A stretch of DNA of 64,000 nucleotides from Pirellulales bacterium (GTDB taxonomy: Bacteria; Planctomycetota; Planctomycetia; Pirellulales; PALSA-1355): NCBI GenBank assembly GCA_035496575.1, contig DATJEN010000238.1, positions 2,459 through 66,458 on the forward strand, read 5' to 3'. A program made the translations under genes and the position numbers. The notes under the pieces were generated by a model that worked only from the letters and a program-made list of their open reading frames with translations, was not told the origin of the DNA and searched no databases. How positions within the stretch are numbered: position 1 is the first letter of the stretch; each line of letters begins with the position of its first letter. Positions 18,513 to 27,079 of this stretch are shown piece after piece.

Positions 18513-19370
18513 TCACTCGCCCTTGTCGGTCCACTCCTTGCGCGCGCCTTCGATGCGCAACGGTCCGATGGGTTTGTTGTCGCGCAGCACGATGTAAGAG
18601 TCTGCGCCCGCCGTGCTGTCCCAGGCGAGTTTGGCGAGGCCACCGGCGCGCACGCTGGCCGATGGAGGCGTGCGCCCGCCTTGCGGCCCGAGTGCAACCA
18701 GCGCATAGCGATGTTCGCCTGAGCCATCATCGGAGACGACCCGCGGCGCGGCCGGTGGGCTGATCGCGTGCTCTCGGATCGATCCTCCCCACAGCTCGAG
18801 CACCTGGTCAGGCGCCGGCAATCCGCCTCCGCCATAACCGCCGCCGCCCAACGACATCATGCCCTGGCCGATCAGGGCATCGGTTAGCGGCTCTGGGTGC
18901 TCGGGCCGGAAGGATTGAAATCGCAGCCGGCCAGGGTGGGTTGAGCCGTTCCATCGCTCGCGCGGCACCTCGGAGTATTCGAGCCCTTCGCCTTGCAGGA
19001 TGGCCATTTGCCGCCAGGCGCCATCCAGCCACACGTTCCAGGAAATATGGCCAGGCGCTCGCCGCAACGTGCCGTCGCGCTCAAGCGCGTGAAAACGGTC
19101 GTCGAACGGATCATCGATCTCGCCCTTGATGAGCCGGCTGCGCACCCACAGCCCGCCGACGTCTTCACCCACGGAGCGGGCGTAGATTCCGCGCGGAATC
19201 TGCTGCGCCTCATACCCCTTTTCCCAAGGATGGCCGCTATCGGAGACGATGAGCTCCTTGCGCACGATGAGCCGTTCGACGTCGAGCTCTTTGACGGGCG
19301 GCGCTTCGGTCTTGAGGATGCCGAGCGTGGCCAGCACCGAAAATGCAATCGTAATCAACCGGTCTTTCAT
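18513..19370 (-). CDS. Hypothetical secreted/anchored protein with Gly-rich linker and FN3-like C-terminus
   Basis: N-terminal hydrophobic MKDRLITIAFSVLATLGIL; central GGGGYGGGG; C-terminal LAWDSTAGADSYIVLRDNKPIG resembles a fibronectin-III strand pattern. No family recognised. Confidence 0.6.
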   Translation of the reverse strand: MKDRLITIAFSVLATLGILKTEAPPVKELDVERLIVRKELIVSDSGHPWEKGYEAQQIPRGIYARSVGEDVGGLWVRSRLIKGEIDDPFDDRFHALERDGTLRRAPGHISWNVWLDGAWRQMAILQGEGLEYSEVPRERWNGSTHPGRLRFQSFRPEHPEPLTDALIGQGMMSLGGGGYGGGGLPAPDQVLELWGGSIREHAISPPAAPRVVSDDGSGEHRYALVALGPQGGRTPPSASVRAGGLAKLAWDSTAGADSYIVLRDNKPIGPLRIEGARKEWTDKGE

Positions 19371-19516
19371 GGAAGTGAGCTCCTAGCGCTTAACCGCAGT
19401 GACACGTACACGACGGCACTTTTACACAGGAAGTTCGTGGCTGCAATGGAACGCGTGAAGGAATGAATAAGGAAAAGCGGGCGTGTGAAGGGAGGCCTGC
19501 GGCAAAACGGCGTCGC

Positions 19517-19624
19517 TCAGATGGCCCCGCACGTTCGCAAGAGCACGATCAGCACCAGGGTGACGAGCGCACTGACAACCAGCGACCCGATGCAACCGAG
19601 CTGATTCGAGAAGAAAAAGAACAT
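19517..19624 (-). CDS. Possible 35-aa hydrophobic micro-protein
   Basis: MFFFFSNQLGCIGSLVVSALVTLVLIVLLRTCGAI. GGAAG lies 9 nt upstream of the ATG (cat 19622-19624). Below the ORF-track length cut-off. Confidence 0.25.
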   Translation of the reverse strand: MFFFFSNQLGCIGSLVVSALVTLVLIVLLRTCGAI

Positions 19625-19786
19625 TTGCGGGCTTCCGGCGTTTGGAGAGAGAACCGCCGGGACAGCGTGCAAAGCGCGTTCCTCGCGTGCTGGGTCAAGC
19701 GCCCGCCGAGGGGCTTAACGGCGAATGGCCGAGCTTGACCGTGTGGGGCCTGGCGCTACAAACTGGTGCTGCTAAGATGATTCATG

Positions 19787-19868
19787 GGCCGCTTGGTGAA
19801 ATTGGCAGACACGCAAGACTTAGGATCTTGTGCCGAAAGGCGTCGGGGTTCGAGTCCCCGAGCGGCCA
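19787..19868 (+). tRNA. tRNA-Leu (anticodon UAG), class II with long variable arm; CCA not encoded
   Basis: Acceptor GGCCGCT/AGCGGCC plus discriminator A. D arm GTG-AAATTGGCAGA-CAC. Anticodon arm CAAGA-CTTAGGA-TCTTG. Variable arm TGCCGAAAGGCGT. T arm CGGGG-TTCGAGT-CCCCG. Confidence 0.95.
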
Positions 19869-19967
19869 CTGTATTCTCTCGAATTCTCCCGATTCTGCCG
19901 CCTGTCACTTCAAGGCGTCAGGAGTCAGATTGCCTCTGTGCGATCTTTTCGCGCGTGCGACGTCGCG

Positions 19968-21188
19968 TCAGCGCACCAGCCAGACGTTATACGAATAAAC
20001 GTATTGGCTGGTCTGGGCACTCCCGCTGATTCCTCCCTTCGTCCCGATGTATGCAGGTTGTATGGTGACCCCCTTGTTTTTCCCGGTCATCTTGACAGCC
20101 ATCACTCGGATGCCAACGAACTGACAAATCGTATACGTCGCATTGTTGCCCGGGTTTATTACGGACTTATAGATCGGAATGATTCGGGGTTGGCCAATGA
20201 TGTCCGACAGTTCTTTTCCTATGCTCGCACTGACGCCCGTATCTCCGTTGATAGACAGCTCGCTGTTGGAATCAAGGGCGAGCTGTCCATTCGGAAGGGC
20301 TTGCATGTCCTGCGGGCTGATTCCGTACGTGATTTGGCGGGATATGTCCGAGGTGCTGTTACTGGCTGAACCAATATCGACCGTGCCGAAGTTTCCCGGT
20401 GTCGTCCCGTCAGGGTACAAGTCGATCTCCAAAACGTGATCACCGTGATTGGTAACCCCGTTCGTTGCGTCCCAGCCGAGTGAATCTGAACCCGTCCCTG
20501 CGAGCATGTCGTTCCATGCCTGAAGTTTGAGCGCGATTGGCAGGATGGCCAGATTCGTGTTATCCGAGGGCGTCTTGAATCCAGCAATTCCTTGGGTTAG
20601 GACGGCGGCCGTGGCAGTCGCTTGCGCGGCCCGGCTGTTGGTTCCCAGCACGCGTGCGAAGAACAACGGCACCTCGCCATTTTGGCTGGTGGTTCGTCGC
20701 ACGGTAACCTGAGCCGCGTTTGCCAGGTTCATGTTGTTGAAGCTCATGGTTTGCGTCGGGTCGGACGGATTCGAAAGGTATCCGATCACGACGTCGCCGG
20801 TCGTAGTGTTGGCCGTGTTAAGATTCACCACGGGTGCGACATTCCGCACTTGATTTAGCCCGGCAAATTGCACGGCCTTGGCGCGGGCCGAAGTAATTTC
20901 AGCGGTCATGTCGGCCTGGCCGTATAAGCCGCCATTATCTGGAATAAGATCGCCGGCGGCCGCTAGCGCCGCCGCATCGGCAGCGTGCTGCAATTCAGTT
21001 CGGGCCAGCATCATGATCCCGATATCGATTGCAAAGGCCGCCATTCCCAGCATGAGCACGAGCATGAGCGCCGTTAATATGATCATCGCGCCACGGCGGC
21101 TTTTCGGTACGTGTGATGTTCGTCTCAACACGGTTGTGCGGCTGCGTACGGCGCTTGTGAAACCAACTTGAGAGATGTGATGTGGCAT
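19968..21188 (-). CDS. TadG-related (Flp pilus-assembly TadE/G-like N-terminal domain) protein
   Basis: N-terminus RRGAMIILTALMLVLMLGMAAFAIDIGIMMLARTELQHAADAAALAAA is the TadG-like membrane anchor. FFARVLG block. The gene has lower GC than its surroundings (28/60 and 32/60 in two lines counted). Confidence 0.75.
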   Translation of the reverse strand: MPHHISQVGFTSAVRSRTTVLRRTSHVPKSRRGAMIILTALMLVLMLGMAAFAIDIGIMMLARTELQHAADAAALAAAGDLIPDNGGLYGQADMTAEITSARAKAVQFAGLNQVRNVAPVVNLNTANTTTGDVVIGYLSNPSDPTQTMSFNNMNLANAAQVTVRRTTSQNGEVPLFFARVLGTNSRAAQATATAAVLTQGIAGFKTPSDNTNLAILPIALKLQAWNDMLAGTGSDSLGWDATNGVTNHGDHVLEIDLYPDGTTPGNFGTVDIGSASNSTSDISRQITYGISPQDMQALPNGQLALDSNSELSINGDTGVSASIGKELSDIIGQPRIIPIYKSVINPGNNATYTICQFVGIRVMAVKMTGKNKGVTIQPAYIGTKGGISGSAQTSQYVYSYNVWLVR

Positions 21189-21200
21189 GGGAATTCTTCC

Positions 21201-21265
21201 GAATAGACGGGCGCTTTTTTGGGGGCATTTACACTCACGTCGGCGGAATCTAACGCCGTCTATTC
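21201..21265. repeat. Inverted repeat in the 5' region of the TadG-like gene
   Basis: GAATAGACGG (21201-21210) and CCGTCTATTC (21256-21265) are perfectly complementary (10 bp, with an imperfect extension to 12). On the minus strand the 3' arm is immediately followed by GGAAG and the ATG at 21188. Confidence 0.5.
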
Positions 21266-21494
21266 CACCCTAATTAGGCGGGTCGAATTGTCAAAAAATC
21301 GCGGAATTCCCGCATAATTCAACCACGATTCGTGGCACAGCGGTCATCCGATTGGTCATGGCAATTCGGCAACTTCCATTAGTTGCGCATGGAAGCGTGC
21401 AGCGACGAACCGCGGTTCCATGAAGCAGGGCTTGTGCGTCGGCGGAACTGACGCAAATGATGGCCGGCCACCGAAAATTGCAGCGCGGACAGGG

Positions 21495-21959
21495 CTAGCG
21501 GATTTTGTCGAGCGCTTCGCGGCCGGACATGCCCACTTCGATGCCCAGTTCTTTCGCCTTGGCCGTGACGGCGGTGACTTTCGAGTTGAGCATGCCGGCG
21601 GTGTCAACGGCCGGAACGATCGCGCAGGCTTCGCCGAATTTTTCGAACGATCCCACGTTCAGGTAAGGGCAACCAATCACGCCTTTCGATCCTTTGACGA
21701 CCAGCAATTTCTGATCGAGCTGAATTTCGTGCCGTTCGAGGCCGCGCCAAGCGCTGTCTTCGCCCGCCGGAATGGTATCTTGATTGGCGAGCTCGGCGGC
21801 CGCCGGTGCAGTGGCAGTCTCGCGCCGTGCGTCGCCAATGGGCCGCCCGCAGCCGGCAGAGCTGATCGCCAAAAAAACGACACAACCGCCGAGCAAGTAA
21901 AGTAGCAAGATCCAGGCCCTTTCCAAAAACTGCCCGTGGGGCGAGGTGAGCACACGCAT
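21495..21959 (-). CDS. DUF1805 (YunC-like) domain lipoprotein
   Basis: Lipobox-like FLAISSAGC after MRVLTSPHGQFLERAWILLLYLLGG. The C-terminal half LLVVKGSKGVIGCPYLNVGSFEKFGEACAIVPAVDTAGMLNSKVTAVTAKAKELGIEVGMSGREAL matches the DUF1805 pattern. Confidence 0.7.
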   Translation of the reverse strand: MRVLTSPHGQFLERAWILLLYLLGGCVVFLAISSAGCGRPIGDARRETATAPAAAELANQDTIPAGEDSAWRGLERHEIQLDQKLLVVKGSKGVIGCPYLNVGSFEKFGEACAIVPAVDTAGMLNSKVTAVTAKAKELGIEVGMSGREALDKIR

Positions 21960-22356
21960 GTCTAAAAAAGCATCTTGGCTATTTGGCTTAGGCGCCGCGT
22001 GGAACATCGTGATTGGACTGTCGATCATTTTTGCACCTGCGATTTCACTCAATCTACTCTATGGCCATGAACCGAGCGCGGACGATCCGCTTTTGTTCAT
22101 GCTGGATCGTGACTTCGGGGTTTGCGTGTTGCTGTTCGGTGTTGGGTACGCAATCGTGGCCTGGAATCCGAGCCGAAATCATGGCCTCGTATGGCTGGGC
22201 ATCGTCGGAAAATTTGTCGTGGTGGCAACGCTCGTACAACGATGGCTGATGGGCGTGGCCACGGCTTGGGTCTTGCCGACAGCAGCAGGTGATTTTGTAT
22301 TTGCGCTGCTGTTCGCCTGGTTTCTTCGGCGGAGCAAACCAAGCGATCATTCATGA
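21958..22356 (+). CDS. Hypothetical 4-TM membrane protein
   Basis: MSKKASWLFGLGAAWNIVIGLSIIFAP..., four hydrophobic segments. The ATG at 21958 shares the CATG tetranucleotide with the divergent DUF1805 start. Confidence 0.55.
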   Translation: MSKKASWLFGLGAAWNIVIGLSIIFAPAISLNLLYGHEPSADDPLLFMLDRDFGVCVLLFGVGYAIVAWNPSRNHGLVWLGIVGKFVVVATLVQRWLMGVATAWVLPTAAGDFVFALLFAWFLRRSKPSDHS

Positions 22357-22636
22357 CAAGCTAGAGTGGCTCAGTCAATTCGATCGACGTCCATTTAGCC
22401 CAACAAAATAGTTCGTGCGACAGTGAATTGGCCGTTGTGCGATCCCTTCTTGCATACTGCCACGAGAGCCAACAATTCTTGCAGCTAGGGCGGCCGATAA
22501 GTATGCTTCAACACCGGTCGAGTGCCGCTTGCCAAAGACCAACTTGGCATTGTGAACCTAGCGCGGCCACTTTGCACCTCGGCTACACGATTGTGAGTGC
22601 GCGCTCAGATCCTATGATTCGGAAATAGAGGGACGC

Positions 22637-23536
22637 ATGCACACCCTTGTCAAGTTCGCCTGCACGCTGCTTTTTAACGTGGCGCCATTGTGCGGCGCGA
22701 TCGGATGCGCCTGCTGCGTGACAAGCGCGCAGGGGGCGATCACCTATTATCGTCTGTTCAAAAGCGCTAGCTATCAACAAACGGCGAATGCCCAGCCGTC
22801 GACACCGGATCTGACATGGGCAAATCTAGATGTTTTTTCCAACAATCCGGCCGACGTAAAACTTGCAACCGTGACGGCGGCCAGTCCGCTCTCACCATTT
22901 CCTTTGAGCCTAACTGGACCCGGCTATGCGCCTCCTTATACCGCGTTCACGTTTAGCACGAGTTATGCCACGGTTAGTGCCTTGACTACGAACTATCCCA
23001 ATTCCACGTCCTATCAATTTGCTATCAGTGGCGGTGCGCTGGGGAGCCAAAGCGCCTCGCTCGTTTCGCCGGCCAGCAACCTGTTTCCAGCTATTCCGTA
23101 CTTCAGTGGCAGCACGTACAGTCAAGCGCAAGGAATGAATTCGTCGCTTCCCTTCACCTTTGCCTGGAACGGCTTTTCAGTCGCTGGCGGCGCCGTGAAT
23201 TTAGAGTTGGCATACTTCACGGTCGCCCGGATTTCTGACGGCCAGGTGGCCTACAGCACGGTCAAAGGAAATGGAGCTGGCTCGGTTACATTGCCTGCAA
23301 ATAGCCTGCAACCTAACACGTCCTACAACGCAACGCTCATTTACGATGCGCGGATCGAGCAAGCAAACGCGGGTTTCAACGGGGCTACCTCGGAAGTCGC
23401 CTTTGACCAGAGAGTTAATCTGACGTTTGCAACAGTTCCCGAGCCCCCCAGCATCGTCCTTGCCGTGTTCGGCCTCGTCGGCATGGCGTTTTGGCGGCGA
23501 CGAACTCGCACACATCTGCCGACATGGACCATCTAA
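22637..23536 (+). CDS. PEP-CTERM sorting-domain protein
   Basis: N-terminal signal-like region. The C-terminus VPEPPSIVLAVFGLVGMAFWRRR is the PEP motif plus TM segment plus Arg cluster. Confidence 0.8.
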   Translation: MHTLVKFACTLLFNVAPLCGAIGCACCVTSAQGAITYYRLFKSASYQQTANAQPSTPDLTWANLDVFSNNPADVKLATVTAASPLSPFPLSLTGPGYAPPYTAFTFSTSYATVSALTTNYPNSTSYQFAISGGALGSQSASLVSPASNLFPAIPYFSGSTYSQAQGMNSSLPFTFAWNGFSVAGGAVNLELAYFTVARISDGQVAYSTVKGNGAGSVTLPANSLQPNTSYNATLIYDARIEQANAGFNGATSEVAFDQRVNLTFATVPEPPSIVLAVFGLVGMAFWRRRTRTHLPTWTI

Positions 23537-23588
23537 GGAACTTTCCCTCCATTTGCGGCGCAGCAACAGGCTGGGTTCACGGGCGTAT

Positions 23589-24104
23589 TTACTTCTTGAG
23601 CTTCGAGGCGAAGCGAAGGCCGACGCCGTCGGGCGCGACAACGGTGAAATCGCGCAGACCATAGTATCGATCGCCGATGGCCCGTTTAACGGGCAACTTC
23701 ATTTCCTGGCACAACTTCCAATAGCGATCGACGTCGCTGACCATGATGCGGATGTTGGCCACCATGGTGGCGGGCGGATTCGGCTGGCCGGGAAGCTGTT
23801 CGAGATACAGCCGCGAGTCGTCCCAGCCAAGCTCCACGAAGGTTGGCTCCCTGCGCACCACGGCGAACCCCAATTGCTCGTAGAACGCGGTTGAGCGCTT
23901 CACGTCGCGCACATAAACCTCGACGATCAACTGTTCCGGCGCTTCGACGTATTTCGGGCGGGGTGACTTGTCACCCTGGGCTTGAACTGGCTCGTCCGCC
24001 GTCGCGAACCGAATACCGGCTGTGAAAGCGAATCCAATGCTCAGGCCGCACACGAACGCCCGCCACAAGCCGCGATGCAGATGTCGATGATTGAGCATCA
24101 GCAA
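23589..24104 (-). CDS. VOC (glyoxalase/bleomycin-resistance/dioxygenase) family protein with N-terminal signal/anchor
   Basis: VVEVYVRDVKRSTAFYEQLGFAVV...FVELG...LYLEQ...IRIMVSDVDRYW...GDRYYGLRDFTVVAPDGVGLRF. Confidence 0.7.
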   Translation of the reverse strand: MLMLNHRHLHRGLWRAFVCGLSIGFAFTAGIRFATADEPVQAQGDKSPRPKYVEAPEQLIVEVYVRDVKRSTAFYEQLGFAVVRREPTFVELGWDDSRLYLEQLPGQPNPPATMVANIRIMVSDVDRYWKLCQEMKLPVKRAIGDRYYGLRDFTVVAPDGVGLRFASKLKK

Positions 24105-24244
24105 CCTCCCACATTGGAATGGTATGCACGCGAAATGAACGGCCCGATTATCGTGCCGACGGTGTGTCGCGTCGAGGCGCTGTCGAGAAGCCGCCTGGCG
24201 TTGAGCGCGCCTCCTTCTTCGGCGATAATTATCCGCACACCGCT

Positions 24245-25168
24245 ATGATTGAATACGATCGTCAGAATTGGCTGAAGTCGGTACTCTCCTTCCGCGGCAC
24301 CGCCTTGCGGCAGGCATGGGGCCGCATTCTCGCGGTCACCGCGTATGCCATTGCCATGGAGGCCGTATTCCAGTTTGCGGCTGCCAATGGCAATCAGAAT
24401 GTGCTGGCCGTCTTCACCAATCTCCCGCCCACAATCCACGCGGTGCTTGGAACCCTGTTGGGATTTCTGATCGTGTTCCGAATGAACGCCTCGAACAATC
24501 GTTACTGGGAAGGACGCTCCAGTTGGGGACAAATCATCAACGCCAGCCGCAACCTGGTACGCGTCGGCGTGGCCCATACGGACGACGGCGCCCGGCTGGC
24601 CAATCTCGTATCGGGTTACGTGATTTGCCTGCGTCGTTCGCTGCAGGGCAGTCTCGACATGATGGAAACCGAGGAATTCCTGCCCGAGGATCTGTGCCGC
24701 CGGGCCGAGTTCTTTGGCAATCCGCCGACGGCGGTGGCTTTCGCGATTTCCGAATGGATCGAGACGGAATATCGGCAAGGCGCCCTCGATTCGTCACTGG
24801 TGCGCCACATGGAAGACCAGCTATCAAAGCTCATCGACGCACAAGGTTCCTGCGAAAAAATTCGCAAGACCCCGATGCCCTTCGTGTATGCCGTGATGGT
24901 CAAGCAGCTCATCATGGTTTATCTGATGACCTTGCCCTTCGCGGTGGGCGACCAGTGCGGCTGGTGGACACCGGTGGTGGTGGCGATGGTGGCGCTCGGC
25001 CTGTTCGGCGTTGAGGAAGCCAGCGTCGAAATCGAAGATCCCTTCGGGTCGGCGGACAACTGTCTCGACATGGTGACTTATACGGTCACCATTTCGCGGG
25101 ACGTCGGTCAAATGGCCGCGCGCAAAAAACCGCGTCAGACGCTGGTGGAGTCGGTCGAAGAAGGCTGA
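24245..25168 (+). CDS. Bestrophin-family (UPF0187/YneE) anion channel
   Basis: MIEYDRQNWLKSVLSFRGTAL..., LLGFLIVFRMNASNNRYWEGRSSWGQIIN, PMPFVYAVMVKQL, EIEDPFG. Confidence 0.85.
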   Translation: MIEYDRQNWLKSVLSFRGTALRQAWGRILAVTAYAIAMEAVFQFAAANGNQNVLAVFTNLPPTIHAVLGTLLGFLIVFRMNASNNRYWEGRSSWGQIINASRNLVRVGVAHTDDGARLANLVSGYVICLRRSLQGSLDMMETEEFLPEDLCRRAEFFGNPPTAVAFAISEWIETEYRQGALDSSLVRHMEDQLSKLIDAQGSCEKIRKTPMPFVYAVMVKQLIMVYLMTLPFAVGDQCGWWTPVVVAMVALGLFGVEEASVEIEDPFGSADNCLDMVTYTVTISRDVGQMAARKKPRQTLVESVEEG

Positions 25169-25315
25169 CGGACCCGGCACCGACCTGCGCGTGCGATGCC
25201 AGGTTTTCTCGGTCCGCTGAGGTCGATTTCCGGCTCGGGAAATCGGCGAATTCTCGCGTCTAAACGTGACCTATGCTTGTGATGCGATCGCTGCCAGCGT
25301 GGATCAATATCCGAA

Positions 25316-26800
25316 TTGCGAGATTGCTGTATGCCCGGTTTTGCCGCCAGCGACGCGCGGGGCGAGTCGACTTACGAGAATCCGGCCCTGTCCAACCGGC
25401 TGATCGTGGCGAGCGAAATTCGCTTGTCCGAAATCATTTCGGCTTTGTCGGTCGCACTCGACATCACCCAGGGCAATCCAAAAGGGCACTGCATGCGCAG
25501 TGCCATCATCGGCATGCGATTGGCCGAGCAACTGCGGCTGTCGACTGCCGATCGCTCGGCCCTGTTCTACGCTCTGCTGCTCAAAGATCTGGGCTGCTCG
25601 AGCAATGCCGCCAAGATGGCGTACTTGTTTGCCGCCGACGATCTCGTGGTCAAGCGGTCGTTGCGAATGATCAATTGGAACCGCCCCGGCGAATGCCTGA
25701 CGAACTGTTGGGCTCAGTGTGCCGCCGGCGGATCGCTGTACGAAAAACTGCTGCAGATGGCTGTCATTCTGCGCAGCGGAGCCAAGGGCGCGCGAAAGAT
25801 CGCCGAAATCCGTTGCGAGCGCGGGGCAGATATTGCCCGCATGTTGCAATTGCCGGAGGCCACGGCCGGGGCGATCTATGAGCTCGACGAGCATTGGGAC
25901 GGCGAGGGAAATCCGTGCGGACTCAAGGGCGAAGAGATTTCGCTCTTGGGCCGGATCTGTTGTGTGGCGCAGACGGTCGAGGTGTTCTATTCGGCGTACG
26001 GCTACCAGGCCGCGCTCAATGTCGCCGTGGAGCGGAGGTCGAGCTGGTTCGATCCGCAATTGGTCGACGCGCTGGTAGCGCTAAAGCAAGACGCCTCGTT
26101 TTGGAACAGCCTGGCCAGCGACGATTTGCTCGTCGAGCTCGGCCACTGGGAGCCGGATGACGCCGTTTTGTTAGCCGACGAAGAGTGCTTGGACCGCGTG
26201 GCCGAGGCGTTTGCCAAGGTGGTCGACGCCAAGTCGCCCTGGACGTTTCAACACTCGACGCGGGTGGCGCAAATCAGCGTCGGCATAGCCGAGCAGTTTC
26301 AGTGCGCGCCAGAGCTGGTTCGCGATCTGCGCCGTGCCGCCCTGTTGCACGACATCGGCAAGCTCGGTGTCTCGAATTTGATTCTCGACAAAGCTGGCAA
26401 GCCGACGCCCGACGAATTAGCCCAGATTCGACGGCACCCGGAGTATACGTTGCAGATCCTGGAGCAGGTCGATGCTTTCCGGACCTTGGCCGACGTGGCC
26501 GGCGCGCATCACGAGCGGTTGGACGGCAATGGCTATCACCGCCAACTGACGGGCTATCAAATCCCGTGGGCCGCGCGCGTGTTGACGGTGGCCGATATTG
26601 CCGAAGCCATGTCGGCCCAACGACCATACCGCGAGGCCCTGCCCTGGCCAAAGATTCAACAAATCATGGCGGCGGACGCGGGCGCGGGCGTCGACGCCGA
26701 CTGCCTCCACGCGCTCGAATGTTGGCAGGACCGCAACCATTTGGAATCGCGCGTCGAGGCTCAACTGCACGAGGTCGAGCTGTTGGCCTCTGGGTTCTAG
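25316..26800 (+). CDS. Tandem HD-GYP domain protein (probable c-di-GMP phosphodiesterase; the first module is degenerate)
   Basis: The C-terminal module has HSTRVA, LLHDIGKLGV, RRHPEYT, HHERLDGNGY. The N-terminal module has HCMRSA, LLLKDLGCS, HWDGEGNPCG in their place. Start may be the ATG at 25331. Confidence 0.85.
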   Translation: MRDCCMPGFAASDARGESTYENPALSNRLIVASEIRLSEIISALSVALDITQGNPKGHCMRSAIIGMRLAEQLRLSTADRSALFYALLLKDLGCSSNAAKMAYLFAADDLVVKRSLRMINWNRPGECLTNCWAQCAAGGSLYEKLLQMAVILRSGAKGARKIAEIRCERGADIARMLQLPEATAGAIYELDEHWDGEGNPCGLKGEEISLLGRICCVAQTVEVFYSAYGYQAALNVAVERRSSWFDPQLVDALVALKQDASFWNSLASDDLLVELGHWEPDDAVLLADEECLDRVAEAFAKVVDAKSPWTFQHSTRVAQISVGIAEQFQCAPELVRDLRRAALLHDIGKLGVSNLILDKAGKPTPDELAQIRRHPEYTLQILEQVDAFRTLADVAGAHHERLDGNGYHRQLTGYQIPWAARVLTVADIAEAMSAQRPYREALPWPKIQQIMAADAGAGVDADCLHALECWQDRNHLESRVEAQLHEVELLASGF

Positions 26801-27079
26801 CTGCCGCGGACTCACCAGGCGCTCGATCGAGCCAACGGACCGACCTATCTATCTAGCTAATCTTTGGCGATTAGCGTCTTCCTGCCGACAACGGCGACGT
26901 GTCCTACCTGACCGTAATAGTTGGAACTGCTGGCACGGCGGGACCGATCGAAATGGAAAGCTGCGCCCTTTGAATTCCGACTGAGATGATGCGCGCAGGC
27001 GCAAACGGGCCAGACTGCGCGCTAGTCACGCCCCGCGCGTATCCCAGGGGTCAAAAGTTCTTGCCGCGGCAGGGAGGCC

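Noticed and set aside
25224-25245. Perfect 8-bp hairpin CGATTTCC-GGCTCG-GGAAATCG after the bestrophin gene
   Set aside because: No U-tract follows on either strand, so I cannot call it an intrinsic terminator. It is too short to assign any other role.
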